Below are positions 35,623-45,602 of a stretch of DNA of 64,000 nt, in pieces. The notes under the pieces are model-generated. The model saw only the letters and a list, made by a program, of their open reading frames with translations, ran no database searches and was not told the origin of the DNA. Source of the DNA: a virus (taxonomy: Duplodnaviria; Caudoviricetes); IMG/VR virus record IMGVR_UViG_3300035208_008180; one strand, given 5' to 3'. Position 1 is the first letter of the stretch. Every line of letters begins with the position of its first letter. A program made the position numbers and the translations under genes.

Positions 35623-37199
35623 TCTATGGGTTCCCCAGGATCACTTTTGAATTTTTTTTCGGCTTTTAATCTTTTCTTTTCATCAGTAATTTGTTGGAGT
35701 TGACTTCTCTTGTCTGTTGCTTTCTTTTGCAATTCTTCCAAATGCCGAGCAGTCACTTCCTTATTAGCCGACACTTCATTAATTCTCTTATCAAATTCTG
35801 CCTTGCTGATCTCTTGCATTCCTAAAGTACGATCTCTATCCATTTCTATCCAAAACTCAAAACGACATTCTCCAAAACGAGTTTTTACAACTGATACTCT
35901 TGCGACCTTGGCCTCATATTCTACCTTTCGCTGATTCAAACTCCACAAAGCATCTAGGGGACGTGTCTGGCCTTTAGCATCAGCCAAATTATCATCATCG
36001 ATCAATTCTCCCATGTTTACCTTGCTGCGAGAATCTCCCGTAGCCTGCATGGCGGTTAACAAACATACTTTCTCTCGACTGGCAAACCCTTTTAATGCAC
36101 GAATAATTAAAAATCGACTTTCATAGGTTTTCATACCGGCAAAATCTTTCATTTCGCCAATATAATCCACTATCACTAAATCAGGCACAAAACCACGCAT
36201 TTGCAGTTGTTTGTAATAAGCCTGCATCGTGGCCACGTCCATCTCACCGCTGGGAAAGTGTTTGATAACCAGTCGGCGTGGGTCTTCATAATCCTTTGTA
36301 TAATTCTGTAAAGATTGGAATACGATATCCTTGTTGGGAATCAAATTCTTGATACCGATTCCGTATCGATTGCCAGGATCAGCTAATTGGGCGTCAAATC
36401 GTTCAGCAACACGACTTTCATCCAATTCGGTAGAAATATACAAAACCTTCTTGCCACGATGAATGTTGGCAACCGCCGCCTTGATTAAGCAAAGGGATTT
36501 GCCAGAACCAGAGAGCCCAATCCATGACGCTATTTCGCCTCTCTGCATTCCGCCGCCTTGCATGGCGTTATCAATGGACTCAAAGCCGGAAGTGAAAATA
36601 TCACCCTCGGCAATGCTTTTAATCATCTTGTCATAACGCTGTTCATATGTTTGAAAATATTCCTCTCCAATGTCAAAATCCCGATCTACCGACAAAGCAT
36701 CCTGTAGCTTGGTTTGAATGATGCTCCACTTATCCTGGTGATTGTATTTCAATTCATCCATACAACTAAAGAACGCCGCCTTGATTGCTTGTTCTTTAGC
36801 AAAGTCTAATATTCTATCCCTTAAATAATCTCTATCTTCTACACCTGGAACGTAGTGTTCGTAGACATTGTTAATTTCGGCTCGCCAATGCATTTTTACA
36901 TCGGCTGGCTTTTCCTTAATTCTGTCGGCTATGAATTGTTCTATAAACAATCGCTTGGGCAGAACTTTATATTGGTCAAAATACTTAAACAACCAATTGG
37001 CGACTTCTTTGTGAACTTCATTGGTAAAATAAAAAGGCTTTATTAAACCAAAGCTTTGGGTGAGAAACACCGCATCATTTAAAAGAAGAGAAAGAATTGT
37101 GCGTTGAAAATTCTCTTCCCACTGATATTGTACTTCAGCTTGAACATCGGGGTCATCAAACGCCCCCTCCTCATATTTGGAAACATCAATTTCAGGCAT
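35619..37199 (-). CDS. DnaB-like replicative helicase (T4 gp41-like)
   Basis: GGMQRGE, GLSGSGKS, YISTE, RFDA, IVDY, TAMQ, KTRFG. Confidence 0.9.
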   Translation of the reverse strand: MPEIDVSKYEEGAFDDPDVQAEVQYQWEENFQRTILSLLLNDAVFLTQSFGLIKPFYFTNEVHKEVANWLFKYFDQYKVLPKRLFIEQFIADRIKEKPADVKMHWRAEINNVYEHYVPGVEDRDYLRDRILDFAKEQAIKAAFFSCMDELKYNHQDKWSIIQTKLQDALSVDRDFDIGEEYFQTYEQRYDKMIKSIAEGDIFTSGFESIDNAMQGGGMQRGEIASWIGLSGSGKSLCLIKAAVANIHRGKKVLYISTELDESRVAERFDAQLADPGNRYGIGIKNLIPNKDIVFQSLQNYTKDYEDPRRLVIKHFPSGEMDVATMQAYYKQLQMRGFVPDLVIVDYIGEMKDFAGMKTYESRFLIIRALKGFASREKVCLLTAMQATGDSRSKVNMGELIDDDNLADAKGQTRPLDALWSLNQRKVEYEAKVARVSVVKTRFGECRFEFWIEMDRDRTLGMQEISKAEFDKRINEVSANKEVTARHLEELQKKATDKRSQLQQITDEKKRLKAEKKFKSDPGEPIE

Positions 37200-37373
37200 T
37201 CTATTCTTTCAAAGCTGGTTTGAGCGTTACTAAACGATCTATCATATGCTCATAAGTGGCTTGCGTAATTTCGCCTTCCTCAAACTCATGCTCAAAATAA
37301 TTCATCAAAGCAAGCCAATCATTCCATCTCATATCATCATCAAGGATGCTGCTCTTGCATTCACTGCACCTTA

Positions 37374-37784
37374 TCATATCACACTACTCCATTTCTTTAC
37401 CAGCCATTTATATGCCCCGACAATCCTTGCCCATAATATACCACCCCGTTTACAACCTTCGGGCTGGTCATCTACCCAAAATAGCACAACATATCCAGCC
37501 TTCTCACACACGTCAATCTTCCAATGACGACCACACCAAATAACATCGTCTACCCAAGCATTGTCCCCAATCAATCCTGCTTGTTCAAATACTTTAATAT
37601 CATCGGCTGTGCCTGTTCTGCTAGTTGCTACGATAAGTTTTAAACTCAAGTCTTTAGCTAACTTAGGCAAATGGGCCGCAAATATAGATGGGGAGAGGGA
37701 AATGGTATTGTCATAATCAACCGCTATTGCGAATTTCGTGAGTAAATTCAATTCCAAATAAGGAGCATAAACATATTCAGACAT
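37374..37784 (-). CDS. HAD-like hydrolase
   Basis: IAVDYDNT, VATSR, K, WVDDQP. Confidence 0.7.
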   Translation of the reverse strand: MSEYVYAPYLELNLLTKFAIAVDYDNTISLSPSIFAAHLPKLAKDLSLKLIVATSRTGTADDIKVFEQAGLIGDNAWVDDVIWCGRHWKIDVCEKAGYVVLFWVDDQPEGCKRGGILWARIVGAYKWLVKKWSSVI

Positions 37785-38341
37785 TATTTTCCCCCAAGAT
37801 AGTCAAACTCACTTAATGAAACCGATGCTGCTCTAATTGATTTTTCCTTTGTAATCTTTTTCCCCATCGCCTTTAAACGATTCCAAGAAATGGATTTACA
37901 ATATGTTTTAAATTTGGCATCGATCTTTAAAGGGGCTTGTTTTGATGGCTGCTTCTCATCAGGCACATAAGTAGACACCAAGAGCGTCAACATTTGTTCT
38001 TGATGTGGCCCAAACTTTTGCCGACTGGCACCATGCCGAGTTTTATTATTCCATAAATTCTGAAGTTCGTCAAGAACACTCATAAGAAATCTGTCTGTAA
38101 TATGCAATTTACATATTTTTAAACATTTTTCAATATATGTTTGCCTCTTAAAATATGTTCCCGCTGTTAGCAAGGAAATTTTTAAATCTTGAACAATATC
38201 TTCTTGTTCATCAGTATGATTGTTTTTGGTATTCTTAAAATACAATTGCCAAGCCTGATAATGGCTTAATTTGCCGAAGTTATCTTCTAGCTCTTCATAC
38301 TCCTGATTTGTGACCGGAAAATTTTCAAAAATATAATTCAT
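37784..38341 (-). CDS. hypothetical protein (possibly sigma region-2-like)
   Basis: EDIVQDL...KFKTYCKSISWN; weak similarity only. Confidence 0.55.
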   Translation of the reverse strand: MNYIFENFPVTNQEYEELEDNFGKLSHYQAWQLYFKNTKNNHTDEQEDIVQDLKISLLTAGTYFKRQTYIEKCLKICKLHITDRFLMSVLDELQNLWNNKTRHGASRQKFGPHQEQMLTLLVSTYVPDEKQPSKQAPLKIDAKFKTYCKSISWNRLKAMGKKITKEKSIRAASVSLSEFDYLGGK

Positions 38342-38353
38342 ATAACCTTTCTG

Positions 38354-38575
38354 TTAAATATCATCACATATATCTTTATAGCATTCCTTGCATAACCAAA
38401 CCTTACGCTTCGCCTCTGGACTGTCTGGATATATCTCGGCAGCAAATGGGTTTGGTCCATATATCATCCTATCTGCAACGTGTATTTTGTTACAAGAACC
38501 ACAACAATGTGTATTCTTGCCTTTGGCAAGTTGTACTGCCTCTTTACGCTTTCTCTTCGATAATATCTTGGTCAT
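38354..38575 (-). CDS. small zinc-binding protein
   Basis: CCGSC...NPFAAEI...LCKECY...DI. Confidence 0.65.
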   Translation of the reverse strand: MTKILSKRKRKEAVQLAKGKNTHCCGSCNKIHVADRMIYGPNPFAAEIYPDSPEAKRKVWLCKECYKDICDDI

Positions 38576-38975
38576 TGCTAAGAATTTCCTTCATAGAAAT
38601 GGGACAACAATACGATGAAGATTCATATGAAAACGACCAGGGAATATACTCAAAACCGTAATCTGAATCTGGTTCGTGCATCGGCGGGGGCATCTTTACA
38701 TCATTAAATTTCCAATATTCCATAAGCTCATTATTACCGCCATAGAGCCTTATTTCGGCTGACGTTACGAACGACACAACATCTTGATTAAATTCTTCGA
38801 AAACACAAAATTGCATAGTTCCACTAATGGGAACAATCTTGCCGCCATTTTCATCCCCAACTGCCATATAGGGAAACGCCGGTCGTTCTTCCGGCCTAAT
38901 AATAATTTCTGGAATTATTATTTTTCCATCAGCATTCTTTCCCTCAAACATCCATCGCCATTTTCTTTTTAACAT
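38544..38975 (-). CDS. tail-tube (gp19-like) related protein, divergent
   Basis: LKRKWRW.F...IP...RP...LYG...MEYW.F...FSYE pattern of huge-phage tube proteins. Confidence 0.4.
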   Translation of the reverse strand: MLKRKWRWMFEGKNADGKIIIPEIIIRPEERPAFPYMAVGDENGGKIVPISGTMQFCVFEEFNQDVVSFVTSAEIRLYGGNNELMEYWKFNDVKMPPPMHEPDSDYGFEYIPWSFSYESSSYCCPISMKEILSNDQDIIEEKA

Positions 38976-38982
38976 TTTTTCC

Positions 38983-39294
38983 TCATATCCCTGCTAGACC
39001 AACCTTGTGATCGAATCCAAGTATCACTTCAACCCTGGTTTGGATTTCTCGGATGGAATGGCCAAGTAAGTGATAACCCTTGTGTTCTAATTCGTCCTGA
39101 GTTTTCTCCCAATCCAACCTGCGTTTTTTCTCATGTGGCAGCGGCTCCACAGGAAGATCATTGTCAGCACAAATCTGTCGAACCATTTCTTCATGAAACC
39201 GTTCCCAAAAAAGATTATATTTTGCTCTCCAAACAGAATAACGCACCTTTTGGCCACGATAAGCACAACGCTCTTTGTTCTTGACTTTCCTCAT
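38983..39294 (-). CDS. hypothetical protein
   Basis: 103 aa ORF. Confidence 0.55.
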   Translation of the reverse strand: MRKVKNKERCAYRGQKVRYSVWRAKYNLFWERFHEEMVRQICADNDLPVEPLPHEKKRRLDWEKTQDELEHKGYHLLGHSIREIQTRVEVILGFDHKVGLAGI

Positions 39295-40589
39295 TTCACT
39301 ACTTTCAACTGATTGAGATTTCTACCTCTATAGGCTTTAACCCGCAATCTTAAACCAGGATACAACCCATCCTCTTCCTCTAAAATGTCTTTACACAAAT
39401 TTAAAACATTTATTTCTTGCCCCACATTTGGAATTATATAATATCCATCGTGAACATGAAAGCTAATTCTTGCAATTCCCTGAATAATTTTATGTAATTT
39501 CACCAATTTGTGTAAACAAATAACAGATGCTGGGGCCTGGATGTGGAAGTTTCTTAGTTGTGTGCGATAATATTCTTCTTCAAATAAACGATTTCGCCCA
39601 TAGTAATCAATTGCCCTATTATCTTTTACGTCCTTGTTGTTCAACCAGCCCATAGCTATGGGAAACTTTTTATAAATTCGACTAATAATGGTTTTTGCCG
39701 TTTCCTCAGCTACATCATTTTTCTTGGCTAAAGTAGCCGCACCCATGCCAAATGCCACAGGCAAAAAGAACCCTTTGCACACCTTTCGCCGTGATGGAGA
39801 ACATTCGAGCCCGGTTATGGTTTCCCAAATAGACTCATACACATCTCGACTACGATTTAAGATATTGCCTAACAAAGTGTCTTTGGATAGCCATTGCAAC
39901 ACGGAAACTTCCATATTTTTGAAGTCGAAATACAAAAAATCCTTGCTATCGAAATCAGGAGTGGTTAAAAATTGCTTCTCAGATTCTTCAAGGGTATGTG
40001 GATTGAAGGACTTATTAAAAGCATCCCTGCACTTCATTCGACCATTCTTCTGCCCCTCAATCTCATAATAGGGATGTAAAATAGCCTTTTGATCGGTATG
40101 TGCCAATCCCAAGGTTTCAATCCGAGGAAGAACCTCTCGAATCAATGGAGTATATATGGTTTTATATATGGTTTTTGTCTGCTCCCAACTAGAATTACCA
40201 ACAACCCTTGCCAATCGCCCTTTGGCTTGATTAAAACTACCAGGACAGGGCTCAGAATGCCCCAGGAATGCCTCAATTAGCTTTAAATCAACGATTGATG
40301 CCGATATGCTCAATTCCTTGCCCGTAATTGCTAAAATAAAACTAAACAAATTCTTGGCATTCCAGGCAATCAACACCTTGGACTGATCTAAATAATACTT
40401 TAGCTCGCCAATAATATTAATAAGTTCCGCTGGCTTATGGCTTAAAGGAATATCCATCCTTTTATTCGGAGCCATAATTACAAGGGTAGCGGGTGCCTTT
40501 GGATTGGTAAAATCCAATACTTCGGGAGAAGTGGCAACAAAAAGGGTTTGACCAACAAGAGACTCTAGAGTTTCTGCCAATTCCGACAT
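39291..40589 (-). CDS. Family A DNA polymerase, polymerase domain only (divergent)
   Basis: NGRM, motif A YFDFKNMEV, motif B RKVCKGFFLPVAFGMG, NFHIQ, motif C VHDG. Confidence 0.8.
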   Translation of the reverse strand: MSELAETLESLVGQTLFVATSPEVLDFTNPKAPATLVIMAPNKRMDIPLSHKPAELINIIGELKYYLDQSKVLIAWNAKNLFSFILAITGKELSISASIVDLKLIEAFLGHSEPCPGSFNQAKGRLARVVGNSSWEQTKTIYKTIYTPLIREVLPRIETLGLAHTDQKAILHPYYEIEGQKNGRMKCRDAFNKSFNPHTLEESEKQFLTTPDFDSKDFLYFDFKNMEVSVLQWLSKDTLLGNILNRSRDVYESIWETITGLECSPSRRKVCKGFFLPVAFGMGAATLAKKNDVAEETAKTIISRIYKKFPIAMGWLNNKDVKDNRAIDYYGRNRLFEEEYYRTQLRNFHIQAPASVICLHKLVKLHKIIQGIARISFHVHDGYYIIPNVGQEINVLNLCKDILEEEDGLYPGLRLRVKAYRGRNLNQLKVVK

Positions 40590-40622
40590 AAGATAAAGTA
40601 TACCAAAAGGAAGGTAAAAAAG

Positions 40623-42278
40623 CTAATCCTCAAAATCACCAAACTTTGTGCCAAACTTCTCGCCATGTTTTTTGAAAAACTCTTCCCTTTGTTTGATATT
40701 ATCGAGAACCCTCTTTAATTCTTCCCCATAATACTTTTGATTTAATAAATCCAACCAATCCTTTTCCTCTATGAATTTTAAGGTCTCTTGGGGTTTGGCC
40801 TTATAACATCTACTCAGAAAGTGATGTAAATTCTCGGCGGCGGGCTCTTTATACATCATTTCCAACATTTTTTCTGGCTGTTTTTCTGTTTTCCCGTAAT
40901 TACCATCATAACAATCAAAGACTTTGCGACGATTGTCGTTGTCGGGAGCATCCTCATATAATTTAAGTACGTCGTTCCAACCCTTCTGTCCAGCCAAATA
41001 AATAAATTTTTCTTTTACCAAGTAATAAGGATCAAAACTTCCTTTGGCTGTGGGGTGGAAAATTTTGGACAACTTCTCCGCAATCATTTTTACAGTTGGC
41101 TCTAATTCCTTATTGGTATAGCCACCTGCCTTCCATTTCGCTTCCGCTTCTTCATAACCTGGATCGTTGTATCTGGTTTTGCGAAATTCCCTATATCGAG
41201 TGTAGAATCTATCGAACAAAACTTCAGTATTGCGAAGTTTTAAAATAGGCTCCTTGGCGGTCAACACCATGTTGATTGTGGCATGTAAATCATTGAAATC
41301 CTCTCCCTCCACCTCAGTTCCATCTTTTTCCCAATCCTGTAGCCCACCATTCACAAATGAATTAAACAACTTTGGATCAAGTTCTCCTGTAAGTGCTTTT
41401 TTCGGAACCTTGAAATGAAAGGTGTTTTTTAGGGTGTTAGCGTCAGCCACCATCATTTCTTCTGGGGTCATGCTCTTATGCCCGCCACGGTTCGACATTG
41501 TATCAGAGATATTATACCAACCACCTTGTGGACCATTGGGACCAAAATTAGTGGGGACTGTTCCTAAAAGCAAATAAGCAACGTCAGAGGGATTGTAGAT
41601 ATGCCCCTTCTTCCAATTATCCATCACATAATCAACCCGCTCTTTTTCGTGCTCCCCAGTCAAAACTTTTAGATCACTTTGACGAATTGGGGCTCCTCCA
41701 GCACCGATACTAATAACAGGGTCTTCATCATCTTGACCTCCTTGCTGTGCCCCATAGGAAGAGAGAGGATTGGGTTTAATGGGGTCTACATAAATTCTGG
41801 ATTTATCGTGGTCAACGTAGGTAACTTTCCAATAGGGTGTCATATTTAAAGCATGATCGCCTACCTTGTCGCCTATTTGGACATCTTCTAAATTGTTGAT
41901 AGAACCAGGGTCATCTGCCCAATCATAATAATAACCCTCGATGTTGTCTTGCTTCACATTCCCAAACTTAAGTTGCCAAATACCATAGTGGGCTTTAATT
42001 TGTTGTCCTAATACCATTTTCCCAATATAAACCCGGCCTCTTTGTTGATCTATTCTTTCCACCTGAAATCGACCATCTGGACGTTCGATAGGGGTTTTTA
42101 TTTTAATTTTGGCCAGTTCATCAATCGCACCACCAGCTTGTTGAAAATCGATGTAGTAATCCCCATTCTCATCGTTTTGGATTTGTCCCCATTTCAACAA
42201 GAGGAAAGAAGGCCAAGGTCTTTTTCTTTGAGCCTCATTCAACAACAATAAATTAAAATCAAAAAAGTTCACAAACAT
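40623..42278 (-). CDS. hypothetical protein (551 aa), possible virion protein
   Basis: Long ORF; weak tag-like N-terminus MFVNFFDFNLLLLNE. Confidence 0.75.
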   Translation of the reverse strand: MFVNFFDFNLLLLNEAQRKRPWPSFLLLKWGQIQNDENGDYYIDFQQAGGAIDELAKIKIKTPIERPDGRFQVERIDQQRGRVYIGKMVLGQQIKAHYGIWQLKFGNVKQDNIEGYYYDWADDPGSINNLEDVQIGDKVGDHALNMTPYWKVTYVDHDKSRIYVDPIKPNPLSSYGAQQGGQDDEDPVISIGAGGAPIRQSDLKVLTGEHEKERVDYVMDNWKKGHIYNPSDVAYLLLGTVPTNFGPNGPQGGWYNISDTMSNRGGHKSMTPEEMMVADANTLKNTFHFKVPKKALTGELDPKLFNSFVNGGLQDWEKDGTEVEGEDFNDLHATINMVLTAKEPILKLRNTEVLFDRFYTRYREFRKTRYNDPGYEEAEAKWKAGGYTNKELEPTVKMIAEKLSKIFHPTAKGSFDPYYLVKEKFIYLAGQKGWNDVLKLYEDAPDNDNRRKVFDCYDGNYGKTEKQPEKMLEMMYKEPAAENLHHFLSRCYKAKPQETLKFIEEKDWLDLLNQKYYGEELKRVLDNIKQREEFFKKHGEKFGTKFGDFED

Positions 42279-42334
42279 ATGTAGCCAAAAAGCCTTTCAT
42301 TTTTATTGTTGTTTATTTGTTTTATTATATATTA

Positions 42335-42740
42335 TGGCTTTCCCTTTAGGGGGAAATAAGTACTTAAGTAACTTACTAGACCCTAAAAGTTTTTATACTT
42401 GTGGCTAAACGTAACAGAGTCACCTTTGGCACCCCTTTTCAGGGGTAAAGCCTTATGGGTTCAGGCTGCCTTTAACGGTTCTCTCGCTTTTCACGTTTTC
42501 CCCGCCCCTATTCATAAGCTTAGGGGCAAGCGTGACCGGCAATAGGCAGACTTTTGACCTGCCTATCGTATACCACTTCTGGTATAGACGTAAATACCCA
42601 GCCATTTAACATGCATCCCAATTTCTGTAGGAATGCAAGGACGGATCAATACCGCCCCGTTGCCCGGTAGAGATTTACGTTTAGGTCCACAAATATTTTT
42701 CTGTTTAAATTGTAGTTCTTTCACGGGGTGACCGTGAATT
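42335..42740 (-). ncRNA. candidate ~400-nt highly structured ncRNA (or origin)
   Basis: ORF-free, about 10 hairpins, long-range stem 42399-42414 with 42675-42692, promoter at 42747-42775. Confidence 0.6.
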
Positions 42741-42746
42741 GGTTAT

Positions 42747-42775
42747 AATATAGTTTATCGCTTTTCAGGAGTCAA
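42747..42775 (-). promoter_or_regulatory. sigma70-like promoter TTGACT-N17-TATATT
   Basis: Motifs and spacing read directly; points into the structured region. Confidence 0.6.
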
Positions 42776-42823
42776 CTAGATTTTTCTATTTCATGTTTTT
42801 TATGAATGGTATATAATACTGCC

Positions 42824-43498
42824 ATGAACAACTCCCGTCTAGAAGCTGTGTTAAAATACAAGATGACAAAACTCGAAGCATTGGCATTTCGGGTAGCATT
42901 GTTATGGGAGGAAGTTTCCCAAAAGGAATTTCCCAATGAACATTTTGTAAAATTGCGAATAAAAGGTGATCCTCGTAAGTCACTATTGTTTAAATATTGT
43001 TACACACTGGTCCGACAAACGCAAGGTCTTTTACAGCCCAAGGAGTATCGATTTTACATCCTGGCACAACTTCAATTAATGGCAAAAATGGGGAATGGCG
43101 AAGTTCACGCTCTGCTGGAGCCCTGTATTTTGGTTGGACCAAAAGCATGGATACGTTGGACTTGGTGGAAAAGTAAATATGAAAAAAATATGAGGCTATT
43201 AACCACCAATACAGAGGATTTGAAACTAACTCCGCAAATAGAAAATATTCAAAGGGATTTATTAAAAACCAAGAAATTTTTGGGCGATCCTTCAAAAGAG
43301 CAAGTACAACAATGGTTGGAAGAAAAAAAATTGCAAGAATGGATAACCACCAGTAAAATATCGCCTTATTACATATTGCTACACCCTTTGGTGATTGAGT
43401 GCTTATCTGGACAGTCGATCAATCAAGTGTTTGAAAGAGATTTGAGCATTTATAAAATTTCTGATGAAATAAAATCATTATTCTACACTATATTTTAG
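42824..43498 (+). CDS. hypothetical protein
   Basis: 224 aa; divergent from the ncRNA candidate. Confidence 0.75.
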   Translation: MNNSRLEAVLKYKMTKLEALAFRVALLWEEVSQKEFPNEHFVKLRIKGDPRKSLLFKYCYTLVRQTQGLLQPKEYRFYILAQLQLMAKMGNGEVHALLEPCILVGPKAWIRWTWWKSKYEKNMRLLTTNTEDLKLTPQIENIQRDLLKTKKFLGDPSKEQVQQWLEEKKLQEWITTSKISPYYILLHPLVIECLSGQSINQVFERDLSIYKISDEIKSLFYTIF

Positions 43499-43502
43499 AC
43501 AT

Positions 43503-43682
43503 ATGATAAACATAATCCTCCCAGAAACCGTGGCGGGTTTTGCCCGCCCTATATGCCCACATTGTGATAAAGAATATGATTTAGAGATTGTTGATAAAGG
43601 CCCCACTAAATGCATTGAATGTAGTAGATGGTTTAAGGTGTCGTCTAAAACCATTTACCAGTCCAGAGAAATTTTAGAATAA
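43503..43682 (+). CDS. small Zn-ribbon protein (59 aa)
   Basis: Translated by hand: ...ICPHCDKEY...KCIECSRWFKV. Confidence 0.6.
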   Translation: MINIILPETVAGFARPICPHCDKEYDLEIVDKGPTKCIECSRWFKVSSKTIYQSREILE

Positions 43683-44225
43683 TTTTCTTTGAGGCGGTTC
43701 GTCTGGCCATAAAGCAAACTTTTTTTGCCAAGGCTTGAATCTTAATGTTCCAATTGGCTCGGGTGCTGGTATTTCTATTGGTTTTGGTGGTATTTCTATT
43801 GGTTTTGGTGGTATTTCTATTGGTTTTGGTGGTATTTCTATTGGTTTTGGTGGCACAACGATTGGTGCTGGTTTTTCTATTGGCTTTGGTACTTCGACTG
43901 GTTCTTCCGGCTTTTCTGGCTTAAAGCCCTCTTCATCACTCAGTCTAATTCCCCCTCTTATTCTGCTTCTTTCTAATTGAGCACCAATAAGAGACAATAC
44001 TTCTTCTATACTGTCATCTTCCGCTTTTTTAAGTCTTTTTAATACTTTAGATTTAAATTCATCATAATCAAAACTATATTGATGTTTTTCATACCATCTT
44101 TCTATTGCTCTGACTGCAACTGGACCTAATTTAGAAAACTCTATATCGCCATCGATAAAATTTAAGTATAGTTCTTCTGCTCGGGACAGAGCACTTTCAG
44201 AAATTATCCATTCTTTGAAATTCAT
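43674..44225 (-). CDS. Pro-rich repeat protein with FxxW tag
   Basis: MNFKEWIISE; (PKPIEIP)x4. Confidence 0.75.
   Translation of the reverse strand: MNFKEWIISESALSRAEELYLNFIDGDIEFSKLGPVAVRAIERWYEKHQYSFDYDEFKSKVLKRLKKAEDDSIEEVLSLIGAQLERSRIRGGIRLSDEEGFKPEKPEEPVEVPKPIEKPAPIVVPPKPIEIPPKPIEIPPKPIEIPPKPIEIPAPEPIGTLRFKPWQKKFALWPDEPPQRKLF
43767..43853. repeat. 21-bp coding tandem repeat, about 4 copies
   Basis: TGGTATTTCTATTGGTTTTGG repeated. Confidence 0.9.
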
Positions 44226-44227
44226 TT

Positions 44228-45004
44228 TTAATACCAATACATCCAGTTAGAAATGCATTCAACAACTTCCTCCATCGGCTGGCTTGGGAAGAAATATAAC
44301 TCTAAATCCTGTTGTGATTGTTGCCATTCACGCCCTTTTTGCGGAGAATAAATATTAAAATTACTTAATTTAATGACGCCGTGATCTTTGTTATAATTTA
44401 GCCTTGTATGATTTTCTTCTATGCGTCTTTGTTGTCTCCACCCTTGTCCCATTCCTCGAACTGAAAAACGGATGATATATTCATCTTCATCATTTTTTCT
44501 AGTTCCTTCGAAAATAAACAATGAATTGGATGTCTTTTTTAACATATTACTCATAGAGGCTGCTAATTCTTCTAAATCTTTATAGTCATGATTGGCTGAA
44601 TCAAGTGGTTCCATATCAACTTGTTTGATAACTTCCATAATTTCTTGAGATACTGATTCTTCTTGACCGCCTGAGCCATCTTGAGGAATTTGATAAAACC
44701 TTTTACAACCCCATCGTTTCATGCCTTGTAAGTCTATATTGAGCCTTTCGACCATAACACAAAGCTTGTTTCCAATTCTTACCCTTATGGCTCCTGGGTC
44801 TTGTCCCCATTGAATTTCATTGATAAATCTGATATTGGGTTCTTTGACTCCCAAAGGATATTGTCCAAGACTGGTCATCAATCGAGTAAGACTAAATTCT
44901 TTGACTGGTTTTTCAAGTTTTTCTGGCTTAGGATCAGCATAGAGTTCTCTTTCAAACCCAAAAATATCTTTTGATTCAATCCAGCATTTAAAGGTATTTT
45001 TCAT
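44228..45004 (-). CDS. hypothetical protein with FxxW tag
   Basis: MKNTFKCWIE; 258 aa. Confidence 0.75.
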   Translation of the reverse strand: MKNTFKCWIESKDIFGFERELYADPKPEKLEKPVKEFSLTRLMTSLGQYPLGVKEPNIRFINEIQWGQDPGAIRVRIGNKLCVMVERLNIDLQGMKRWGCKRFYQIPQDGSGGQEESVSQEIMEVIKQVDMEPLDSANHDYKDLEELAASMSNMLKKTSNSLFIFEGTRKNDEDEYIIRFSVRGMGQGWRQQRRIEENHTRLNYNKDHGVIKLSNFNIYSPQKGREWQQSQQDLELYFFPSQPMEEVVECISNWMYWY

Positions 45005-45240
45005 TCGGCGGCTCTCACAACTTTCTCTTTTACCATATTGTCAAAATCATCAACATAAACTTGATAAATTCTATCTGTGCGTTTGTTTTTCAAATTGTAA
45101 GAATCTCTATCTTCTGAAGGCATTACAAGATATGTTCCTTTGGGCAAGGAAATAGCTCCCCTGGCACCCGCAGGTATATTTTGAAGCACAAACACCCAAT
45201 TACCCGGTTCTGGGTAAGTAAGCCATTCACGAAATGTCAT
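45001..45240 (-). CDS. hypothetical protein with FxxW tag
   Basis: MTFREWL preceded by CTATATATTCTT. Confidence 0.7.
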   Translation of the reverse strand: MTFREWLTYPEPGNWVFVLQNIPAGARGAISLPKGTYLVMPSEDRDSYNLKNKRTDRIYQVYVDDFDNMVKEKVVRAAE

Positions 45241-45252
45241 AAGAATATATAG

Positions 45253-45579
45253 CTATGCAGGACCACTTTCTTCTTCCCGATAACTATCAGAATCTTCGTG
45301 ATGTGTGGATATTTCTAATATTTTAGAATCTTCCAAGCCTGTAAAACGATGTTTTTGGTGCGGCTCGATTGTCTGTATGTCCATAGGCCCCATCGTTCTT
45401 ATCTGTCCATCTACCTCCATTAGGACTTTGCCATCCATAATTATAAAAGTTTCATCCTTGATATGATGACAATGTAGAGAACATTTAAACCCCTTTTTAA
45501 GATTGAGAAATTTACCACAATATTCTCTGTTTACCAACCACACTTCGTTTCCCCATACTTTTTCTACTAATTTAATCAT
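45253..45579 (-). CDS. cupin (mannose-6-P/lyxose isomerase-like)
   Basis: KVWGNEVW, SLHCH..KDETF, HRF, EIST.H...DSYR. Confidence 0.85.
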   Translation of the reverse strand: MIKLVEKVWGNEVWLVNREYCGKFLNLKKGFKCSLHCHHIKDETFIIMDGKVLMEVDGQIRTMGPMDIQTIEPHQKHRFTGLEDSKILEISTHHEDSDSYREEESGPA

Positions 45580-45602
45580 AATTTACCTCTATATAATAAA
45601 GT

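Noticed and set aside
42335-42740. RNase P RNA, tmRNA or group I/II intron identity
   Set aside because: I could not find their conserved signature sequences by eye; left unassigned pending a covariance-model search.
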